NCBI GenBank assembly: GCA_002269645.1
Contig: NIVC01000464.1
Span: 248,001 to 312,000 of the forward strand
Direction: 5' to 3'
DNA length: 64,000 nt
DNA from: Macrostomum lignano
Taxonomy: Eukaryota
The number at the start of each line of letters is the position of its first letter. Within the stretch, counting starts at the first letter, position 1. The position numbers were made by a program, and so were the translations under genes. Positions 54,180 to 64,000 of the stretch are shown here, piece by piece. The notes under the pieces were generated by a model, which saw only the letters and a program-made list of their open reading frames with translations, had not been told where the DNA came from and searched no databases.

Positions 54180-54926
54180 TGACTGCGATGTGGGAGGCGG
54201 CCAAGAAGGACATCGAGGAGCAGAGGGGCTGCGAGCTGCCAGGATTCGACAACGTGTACCCTGTGGTAGAGCGGCTCGTGCGCAACCACTTTCTCAAGCT
54301 GGTCCGGGAGCCCTGCAGCAACTTCTTGGTCTCCGTTAATCAGGAGGTCGACGAGACGGTGCGAACCCTCGCTGATCTTGTCTTTGGCGACTATCCAACG
54401 TTCAACCAGTTCATCAAGGAAGTGTGCGAGGGCATCAGAACCGGGCAGGTAGATCTTGCCAGGGAGCAAATCAGGAACATCTTCACGGAGGAGGAGTTCG
54501 TCTTCACGCAGGACAGAATTTTCCTGCTGGAAAAGGACAAGCAAGTGCAGATTTACTAATGCATTTTTGAACGCCATTTTTTGCAACTTTATCAAACACA
54601 CTGTAAGTCAAGTTGGATATTGACTTAAATTAATTTATGCATGCACATCCTGAATGTTATAAGTTAAAGAATACCAGTTCATATGTAGCTAGTTAAATTG
54701 AATGCAGTAAAAATGGCGTACATAGGTGCTGATGACATGCCTTTTATTATCTGTGCCGGTGCTGGATACACTCGAACACGCAGGTGAATATCGTAGATGC
54801 CAGATCAGATTTAGCATCAAATTTTAATGCCATAACGCGTCTTGTTCTTATATATTTGTGTATTCGTCACTAATTTTTTAGCGTACCGCTAGGAATACAA
54901 GAGAGTGGCTGCAGGCTGTCTTTCCA

Positions 54927-55905
54927 GGGGTCTATGAAATTTGCTTGCGAGAAGTTTGCTTGCCGAACTTTGCTTGCCGAACTTTGCTTGCAGTAAATTT
55001 GCTTGCCGAGGTTTGCCACCTAAAGTTTTCTTGCGGAACCCTAAAGAAACTATTTTTGAGCTCTTGTATTTCTAATTTTCATTTTCTAAGATTGTTGGAA
55101 GTCGCTTATAGTGTTATTATTTTGTACGAGGATATGATGGATTTGAAAAGCCTTAACGCAGAAACTTTCGAAACTCCACGGAACTTTCGGTTCTATTTTA
55201 ACTTTTGTTCCTCGGTGACAAGTACACGACACTAGTACTCGTGCAAATCCGCCAGTCCAAGTGCGTTTACATTTTTATGTACACTAATTAGTATATGCAA
55301 TATTATACATTAGCATCACTACAATTATCATACCTGCTCAATCGTGCTGAAATCAGGAACTACAAAGATTTATACTGTTACTGATCCCTTTCTTCTACCT
55401 ATACTAAATCTCTAATCATTCTATATAATAAATTCTTAGAATGAAACTCTATAAGCCTAGTTTGAAAGCTTAGTGTCAAGTCAGTTTACGTCGACGCTGA
55501 TAAGAATCTACTTGCAAAGCATCTGTGGCAAGTAATAATTGACTGACCAACTTCACAAGCAATCAAAACAAGCAAGCAGACAAGAAAATAATTCGGCAAG
55601 TTAAAACCATGCAATTGTGATTGCGAATTTCTAGGAAGCGAACATCAAAATTCCGCAAGCAAACTTCGGCAAGCAAATTTCCGAAAGCAAATTTCCGCAA
55701 GCAAATTTCTGCAAGCAAAAGTCCCGCAAGCAAACTTCGGCAAGCAAAAGTCCCGCAAGCAAAAGTCCCGCAAGCAAACTTCGGCAAGCAAACTTCCGCA
55801 AGCAAAGTTCCTGAAAGCAAACTTCGGCAAGCAAAGTTTGGCAAGTAAACTTCGGCTAGCAGACTTCGGCAAGCAAACTTCCCGCAAGCAAACGTCGTAC
55901 TCCCC
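54927..55905. mobile_element. Foldback-like non-autonomous element (979 bp) with about 13-bp subterminal tandem repeats, MxL-2 intron 5
   Basis: Imperfect TIRs GGGG..TA.GA..TTTGCTTGCG; inverted arrays of GCAAGCAAA(C/T)TTC at about 54940-55015 and 55646-55890; flanked by TTTCCA / TTGCCA. The MxL-1 intron has a single TTGTCA at the homologous site. Confidence 0.75.
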
Positions 55906-58399
55906 TTGCCAGATCAGGAATAAACCAACATCATCTTGAACTGCATGCTATCACCGAATAAATTGAAAGTACGCGAGTGCTAAAAAATGTCCGATTATTG
56001 AGGCTAAGGATTGAGCGATCCAGCTGGTAGCAACAATAATTTTCACAATTACTCCACGAGCAGCTTACAATGCATGGAATATATATTTGTTTGAGTTTGT
56101 GAGCCCCCCCCCGTGAGTCGAGAGTTTGCCCCCAATCGGGCTCTGCAGACTGCAGTATTTTAACAATGCCCGGTTAGAGAATCCTTGGTCTCACTTCGCT
56201 GAACAAACCCGTCACCGCCATCGCCACCCCCGCAGGCCGTACAACGAGAAGCTCCGCCTGCAGCACCGCAAGCCGGAGTCGGGAGGCAAGAGCGGGGAGG
56301 CTTCGATCAGCTCGGAGAAGCCGGCCGCGACAATGCAGGACATCGTCGAGCGCAACACGCAGCGAGTGCTGGAAGGAGCCGAGGCGTACATTCGAGTGGC
56401 TGTGAGGCGCCTGCAGGACACCATTACCCTGGCAGTCATGCACTACATGCTGCACAAGATGTCTGACAAGCTGCGTGAGTCGCTCATCGTCCTCGTCACG
56501 GAGCCGCAGCCGCTGTTCGACAAGCTGCGCGAGGAGAATCCCCTGATTAGCGCAAAGAGGCGACACCTGGCAGACAGGATGGAGAAGTTGGCAGCTGCTG
56601 AGCAGGAGCTGGCGAGGTTCTGATCGAGCTGATTCATATCGGTTGGTTGACAGAAGAGTGACCGTATTGCAATAAGCGTACATAATATTTATAATCAAAT
56701 AGGTAAAATTTATCTAATTATTAATCAAAGTTTTAGTGTCTATTTTTCTAGTTTATGTTTGACAAATTTAATTTATCTTCTCGTGGGTGGCAATAATATT
56801 CGGAAAACCATTACGCACAACTTCTATTCTCTACTCTTGGCCGTACACATAATATATTCCAGGTGTTGGCCGACTTTATTAACCGAATGCCACATACAAT
56901 AGACTATTTTCAATTTACCCTCGAGCTCCCGTGCAACAACCCGACGTCAAGCGGCTTTTCCGCTTTTGATAGCCACCCACTATACGGCTCTGAATGTGTT
57001 TCTTGACCTAATGAATTAAATATTTATTTATTCGCGTTGTTTAATATATTTATATTCTTGATGTTAAGTCGTGTAGCTAATTCTTGCATGTAGCAATTTT
57101 GAATCAATTTGATGAGTTATTTGTTTGTTTAGAGATCAGAGATTAATTTATACAGGGGTCGGTAACCTTCTTTCACCTCAAGTGATTAAAATTTGAATGG
57201 GACGGGCAGAAAGGTCCCTTAGTGACTGAAGGCCAGTCACAGCTGAAGCTGAAACTTCAGCCAATTGAAGTTCACTAGATGAGATATTGTGACTCTATGC
57301 TAAACAACTGGAGACACTTCCTATCTTCCTATAACTTGTCATTACGCCTAAAACTTGAAAGCCTTTGATGCCCGTAGTCACAAAGCAAAAAAGTACCTGT
57401 AATTACAGTTGTCCCTTCACTAGTTTTAGTTGTCCCTGAGTCCCTCTGCTTAAAGCTTCTCAGCAAGTTAGATTACTTTTACAAAGGTAGACGCACACAT
57501 TACTACTAGTGGTTCACTAAGTATATAGACTGATTAAGTTTGATAGCTGGGCACTTGCCTTTTAAACCTTATTAATAAATAATTCGCTGATCTAATTCTT
57601 CAATTTCAACCTATTGATAGCAGGTACGCTGTAACAGCAGAATAATTAATTCTAAATGACCGTCTGCTCCTGATTTTTAAAAAGTCAATTAGCTATATAT
57701 ACTGTCAAGTTTCTCTCAACGAAAACATTGTTATAGCGATCATAGCATTGGAAGTCATTTATAAGCCTGCAGCATGACAGATCAGCAGCATTTCAAATGG
57801 TTCGGCAATCCGCCATTTCGATGCTCCTTTAAATTCCTTAGCCAGCGCCTCCCAGAGTTGACGACAGCCGGCCAACTTACCAGCTCGTTTGACACCGCTG
57901 ACGACGCCTCCGTCTGCAGCGACGCCGCGGCGCAGCAGGACTTGATGGACTCTGAAAGTGCTGTGCCGTCTGGTTCGCAGGACTTCCAGCTGAGCATGCA
58001 GAAGATTGGCTGGTTCTATCAGCGGGACAAAGGCTGCTACTCTCGGTGTCCGAAGAATCAGCTGAAGGAGGACATTCTTCAGAAACCTAACTAACCAAAA
58101 CATCGAGTTTAAATGTTTAAAAAGTTTAAAGGCTCTAAAAAATTGCCCTCATTTTGTCGAATGTCAATTCTTGTTAGACCTCCACCGCGCTACTGAGGCC
58201 ACTTATACATGCAACGTGTAAGCTTAAATAAACTTTCTACAGGCTAATAATTTTTAGTTATGCTTACAATGTAGGCAAATTTTACGTGAAAGACAAGGCA
58301 GAGACGAGAATTTTGATGTAATGTACATAACTTTTAGAACAAAAAATACGCTGTCAGAGTCCTTCGATGGCAGCATCACATGCAGCTAGAGCAAACCTC

Positions 58400-59050
58400 T
58401 GGTGGGCAAGGTCGCAAACCAAGGCCGCGCCATCGACCGAATCCACGGCACCAACTTCAGCCAGCAGGCAGTTGACGTAACGCCAACAAGTGCGCGCCTG
58501 TCCCCGCCGGTAAGGTGCCTGCAGCGTCATCAGCAGCAGGTCCTACAATGGTTGTGGGCAGTGCGACTCGGCACGGATCATATGTTGCCTGTCTGGATGG
58601 ACCAGGCCGGCGCGGCGATGCAGGCACCTTACCGGCGCCGATCTTGTTGTACAGCAGGACGGTCTCGACTGGAACAGCGCCGCCCTCTGGTTGTCGGGTA
58701 GGAGCCTCGGACTGGTGCAGGACTGCCCTCGCAGAACAAAAGGCAAATCCAGGCAAGCCCGCAGCGACGCCTCAGATCCTTGTGGACGCCGGTAACCAGC
58801 AGACCGCCAAGATAGATAACAACACGGAAGCTCGATCGGTTGTCTGTCCATCTGCGCCTCGGCACAAAATTGCAGCCTTTATGTCGTCCACAAGGCGCAG
58901 AGCGCGACGTTCTTCTGTGTGTTGACCACACCAGGCCGACACTCCCCACAACAGCAATCAGCTTGTCAAGTTGTCGCTGGTCATGCCTTCGACAGTTGAG
59001 GACAGCAGGGCGAGATCGTCGGCGTAGCCAAGTACGCTGAGTCACTCTCT
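58400..59050 (-). mobile_element. RTE-type LINE 3' fragment (RT C-terminus)
   Basis: SVLGYADDLALLSST at about 59040-58996, then LFQ..PVETVLLYN, and GHMIRAESHCPQPL. Confidence 0.8.
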
Positions 59051-61043
59051 CCAGAACGTTGCATCCAGGCCATTGTAGATCCTATACCTGCATGTACAGT
59101 GAGACGTACTCTCAGAAAAAAGTAGCAGTTGCACTGAATTTAATGACTTGCCCCTTAGTAAATGTTTTAGACGGAATATGGCGCCAAAGTGAAGCCCATA
59201 ATTTTAGTTCTGTGCCCCGCCCCCTCACCATGAAATATTTTTATTTTAAAATTTTGTTTTTGTACGTATAGTTTTGATTAATCTTGATTGATAATTTACA
59301 CGTATGTGTAGGAAATTGTTTTGAAACTAGCTCTTCGTAATCGCGGTCTAATAATGGTGAGTGGTTTTCAACATTGTGACATTTCGGTCTTAAGTTAATT
59401 AGCCACGCGTGTTTAGGGAGCTCCCATCTCTCCTCCTCGATAACCGCGATTGTGGCTTTCTACTATTACTAATAGAAACCAGAAGAGGAACATTCCTTCT
59501 GCATTCATGACAGTCGCCCTTGAATTACAGAATAGAAGTTGTACGACAAAGTGGAGCGGTCGGCATGGAAACCGAACAGCTGCAGAAGTGCACGCGTCAG
59601 CGCTCATTCAAAGGCTGCTCTACTACAACTCAAGCTACTTTCTTCATAGACGTGGAACATCTCAGTCAGAGTTTTCTTTACTTCGCATTGGGTTTGCTTA
59701 AATCGAAAAGAGATTCCAGGAAATCTGGTGGCCAATTCAAATTCACCAGGATCGTCAATTTCAAATCTCCAACCGAACGTAGGCCTACGTACTATTCCAA
59801 TACCACATCCACAATCAGTTTCGGGGCAATGGGCATACTTACACTTATCCACATGATATTGCATAACTGTTTATACTTTCTGACATACACTCGATCTCAA
59901 TGTATTTACCATATTTAGCATATGGTAGGCCTACTTTTTGTTTTTAGCATGTGTCTGTCAGTGTCAGTGCCATGCCCATGCAGCATTGCAGTCCAGTAGT
60001 AAGTAGCACAGAAAATTTCCAACTGGACCTCCCCCCATTGTCCATATCTGACTCTCTTGATGCGGCTCTCATACCTTGGTTGGAGATTGAGTGCCTCTTG
60101 ATGAATCTTTTGTTTTGCCTTGGACTTTTAATTCATATCTATGAGTATGAGTGTAGGCCTATGAGGCTATGACTAGATGTATTTTTATAATTTAGCCTAG
60201 CCTAGGCCTATCCCAATATAGGCCTAATAATGCTGAATGCTGCACTACAGGGCCTAGCCGCCTAGATGTAAATATGCATAAGCTAGGCCTACATATGATA
60301 GAAGTAAAAAATAAATTCACTTTGGGTTTGGAATTGCATTGCAACATTAAAAAGTAATAAAAATAATAATCTAGTTGTTTTTTTTCTTTTGTATTTTATT
60401 ATTATCATTATTAAACAGATGCTAGTGCAGGGGTCAGCAAAGCATCTGGCGAAATCCAAAAACGTGGGATAAAACAGTAAAACAAATCTGCGGACATTCG
60501 ATGGAAAGTAATGTATCTAAAAAAGGTTTTTGAAAGATAGATAGGTCCTTAGAAAATAGTTCTGGATAAAAACTATTGTTTTCATGCTTTATATTGTTGA
60601 ATAAATAAGAAAAAACCACAAAAAAGCATTTTGAAAGTCCGAGTTGACCGATTTGCAATTTTTTGTTTCACTTTTTTTCATTATTAAACAATTAATTTTA
60701 AGACTTGTAGGCCTTAGAGAAGGCTAATTTTTTTACTACTTACAAAACAGAAAGTAATCTGTGTTTTACTTTTTATTCAATTCAAAAAGATGAAGTATTT
60801 CTAAGGATTTCAAAGTTTTTCTAAAACCATATAAACTCGCAAAAATTCATACTAATATAAAGTGCAAAGTTTGCCAGCAAACATCTTTTTCTAAAAGTAA
60901 ATATATCGCTAATTCCTTGTTGCAAAATAATCTTTAAGTTGTTTTCTTTCATTTAAATATCAACTTGCATAGTATTAGTATTTGTAATATGCCTATATTT
61001 AGACTTAAAAATTTTGGGTAAAAAATGGTACCACAAAATGTGA

Positions 61044-62100
61044 ACCCGGCATCCAAATCAGATGCTTACTGTATGCTCATTAAGCGACGAAGAACAATGA
61101 AATTACACTAAAACATGTATCATCGCGGCGTGTATGCAGGAAAAAAAGAATTTTCCAAATCGCTTCAGTAGAAGCTGAGTAAAATGCAATTTTCCAATCC
61201 TTATGGGAATTCCAATGTGTTACCCGGCTTCCAAATCAGATGCTTACTGTATGCTTATTAAGCGACGAAGAACAATGAAATTACACTAAAACATGTATCA
61301 TCGCGGCGTGTATGCAGGAAAAAAAGAATTTTCCAAATCGCTTCAGTAGAAGCTGAGTAAAATGCAATTTTCCAATCCTTATGGGAATTCCAATGTGTTA
61401 CCCGGCTTCCAAATCAGATGCTTACTGTATGCTTATTAAGCGACGAAGAACAATGAAATTACACTAAAACATGTATCATCGCGGCGTGTATGCAGGAAAA
61501 AAAGAATTTTCCAAATCGCTTCAGTAGAAGCTGAGTAAAATGCAATTTTCCAATCCTTATGGGAATTCCAATGTGTTACCCGGCTTCCAAATCAGATGCT
61601 TACTGTATGCTTATTAAGCGACGAAGAACAATGAAATTACACTAAAACATGTATCATCGCGGCGTGTATGCAGGAAAAAAAGAATTTTCCAAATCGCTTC
61701 AGTAGAAGCTGAGTAAAATGCAATTTTCCAATCCTTATGGGAATTCCAATGTGTTACCCGGCTTCCAAATCAGATGCTTACTGTATGCTTATTAAGCGAC
61801 GAAGAACAATGAAATTACACTAAAACATGTATCATCGCGGCGTGTATGCAGGAAAAAAAGAATTTTCCAAATCGCTTCAGTAGAAGCTGAGTAAAATGCA
61901 ATTTTCCAATCCTTATGGGAATTCCAATGTGTTACCCGGCTTCCAAATCAGATGCTTACTGTATGCTTATTAAGCGACGAAGAACAATGAAATTACACTA
62001 AAACATGTATCATCGCGGCGTGTATGCAGGAAAAAAAGAATTTTCCAAATCGCTTTAGTAGAAGCTGAGTAAAATGCAATTTTCCGATCCTTACGGGAAT
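61044..62100 (+). repeat. 178-bp tandem satellite, about 6 nearly identical units
   Basis: TCCAAATCAGATGC recurs at 61052, 61230, 61408, 61586, 61764 and 61942. Confidence 0.95.
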
Positions 62101-62629
62101 TTGTATGTTTAAATAATAAACTTACGTTGAATACAATTTATTGCAAACGAACTCTACAAAATGCACGTTGTCAAGAGTAACGAAAGTGATAAACAAATAA
62201 AACCTTAAAATAATGTTAAATATGTTGTAGAATTATAGAGTGTAACATTATAAGATAGTTAAAGTTAATAAAATACATTATTATAGCTTTTCAATCATTT
62301 TCATTAGACTCATTTTAGGTCGTAATTAAACTTACCGTTTTAACAAATCATTTTATTAAAAATAAAGCTATACGAAAATAATTTGTGCTTTAATAGACTT
62401 TTTAACGTTTTAAAAACTTGAATAAATTTATTTTATAGCTTTATTGCTTTCAAATTGCCAAAAAACGAATTTTCATAAAACTTGCCCCCGATTTTTGGAT
62501 TTCCCCATCTACTAGTAAAAAAGTAGAGTCTAGATTGTCCAGCCAAGCTGCAGACTGAGAGGTAAGGTGTCAAAGGCCCAGAGGCAGAGCCTATGGCCTA
62601 TAAGTAAATGAGAAAAATATCAATCAAAG

Positions 62630-62940
62630 TGGTGCAGCGCACCTGGCCCCAGTGGAGTCTCCCACAAGGTGGGCTGAGCAGCAGGTCAGCAAGCAGGGAC
62701 CCGGTGTGGCAGCCCTGTGCATAGGCTTGCCAGCAATGGCCAATTAATATCTAGCATTGCCTCTGCAAAGTATAACCTAGAGCTAAGGGCAATATGTAGG
62801 TCCAGGCTACTAGCTTAGCATTGTTCACATGCTTAAAGAACTGGATACCCAAGGCATTGCATAGGAGGTAACAATAATAGGCCTCTAAGCTCGCCTCACA
62901 GCTAGGGTCTGGATTATGTAATAGTGTACACTGGAACAAA
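62630..62940 (-). mobile_element. Highly decayed RTE-type LINE remnant
   Basis: Minus frames give LFQCTLLHNPD..SLE and ILIGHCWQA...LLLS...GQVR, collinear with the younger RTE fragments; strongly CpG-depleted. Confidence 0.45.
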
Positions 62941-64000
62941 AATCCTATCTAAGCTAAATATATGCCAACATATGCCAAAACAAAAAATTTCCCTAAAATG
63001 TATGCCAAAAGTTCTTCCTAAAAAGGTTATTTGGTTTTCACAAGTAGAGTTTTCTAAGAAAGGCTCTTGTACGAATAGTCTTAAAATTTAAATATTACAA
63101 ATATTTTCATTTTAAACAAACTTAAATTAAACCTACAAAAAATCATGCAAAATTTACATTCTTAGCAATCATTTACACTAGTTTTATTTATTGTTAATTC
63201 TAAAAAAGCAAAAAGTTTTTCACTGACTTTCTAGGGCGCATGACCAAGACCGCCACATACCAAGACCGCCACAGCTCTTACTGACTATTGGAATTGAGGG
63301 GAAGTTACCAATCTTCTAGCATTGCTATTGGTTATGATGGGTTGTGGAGTTAGATGAGGAGGAGGTGTCCCAAGATTGGTCACTAATAAGATGAATAAGT
63401 GGCCCAAAATGATTTTAAGCCAACTAGGGCAATTTTAACAATTCAAATTAAATGAAAAAACAAGGAGCCTGGCTCACTCACCTACCTGGCCAGGCTGGCC
63501 TGCTCACTAGTTCCTCTCTCGTGGCTTTGTCTTGTTGGCTCTCCCCATCTCACCCCTCATCGGCACGTTTATGACAGATTTCTCCAAAAATGACGACAAA
63601 ATGTGTCATGAAGTCATTTTTTGGTACTGATGTCATTTTTTATGTGTCATGAAAAATGACAAACGTCCTTTTTACAAATTAATCTGAAAAAATGAAGCGC
63701 TTTTTCACCGGCTAAGTATTACTGAAGTTTCAAAACTAGTAGTATGATATTAAAGGAGTTATTAGGGCATGAAAATATGACGGGAACAAACAAAAAATAC
63801 GGGTGATTGCACATACGTAAAAAATGACAATTATATGACACACCTTCCGGCTTGAAAACAGTTTACTATAGTATACCAAATTTTTCAGTATTTTTGTTTA
63901 AAAAACATTGTAGATGCATAGGTGCATAGTAGTTATACAGATAACTCAATAAAAAGTATTTTGTAGATAAAAAATAGTATATATTTCTTTGAACGAAAAA

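Larger units (their letters stand above)
50688..56623 (+). pseudogene. MX: Mx-like dynamin-family GTPase, paralog 2 (MxL-2); 6 exons; 1-bp deletion in exon 4 (pseudogene, null allele or assembly error); 655 aa if repaired
   Basis: Exons 50688-50992, 51089-51280, 51829-52312, 52711-52947, 54180-54540 and 56236-56623. Exons 2, 3, 5 and 6 have the same lengths as in MxL-1 (192, 484, 361, 388), but exon 4 is 237 versus 238 (GGAACCATC versus GGAACGCATC at about 52847). The intron-5 donor is GC. Confidence 0.8.

Noticed and set aside
59413-59918. Short ORFs at 59413-59918, 12354-12691 and 14763-15246 as genes
   Set aside because: There are no recognisable motifs or consistent splice phases; these are probably decayed mobile-element or intergenic sequence.

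Overview
Eukaryotic (metazoan) genomic DNA with spliceosomal introns, GC-rich exons and repeat-rich AT-rich spacers. The gene content and repeat style fit a flatworm such as Macrostomum; this is an inference and was not verified. Host genes: the 3' part of a coiled-coil/spectrin-like gene (minus, 70-2162); two 6-exon Mx-like dynamin GTPase paralogs in divergent orientation (MxL-1 minus 16570-21458, intact, 716 aa; MxL-2 plus 50688-56623, with a 1-bp frameshift and a GC donor); and, between them, a universal stress protein gene, XRN2 and ETHE1. Mobile DNA: an intact RNase H-containing LOA/R1-group LINE (13-bp TSD, TAATG ORF1/ORF2 overlap) nested in the long TIR of an 8-bp-TSD element, a degenerate Gypsy LTR element, several RTE-type LINE fragments, hAT- and Mutator-type MITEs with clear TSDs, a tRNA-derived SINE, and many mini- and microsatellites. 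The most unusual structure is in intron 4 of both Mx paralogs. There the minisatellite unit is a tandem copy of the exon-5 splice acceptor itself. The 54-bp units are open in the exon frame, so six upstream acceptors in MxL-2 could add 18-aa repeats to the stalk, whereas all five in MxL-1 are out of frame. Both Mx copies also carry a non-canonical G4 motif (TCPD instead of TKPD) and show patchwork identity suggestive of gene conversion. All coordinates were read by hand; no alignment or database search was run.
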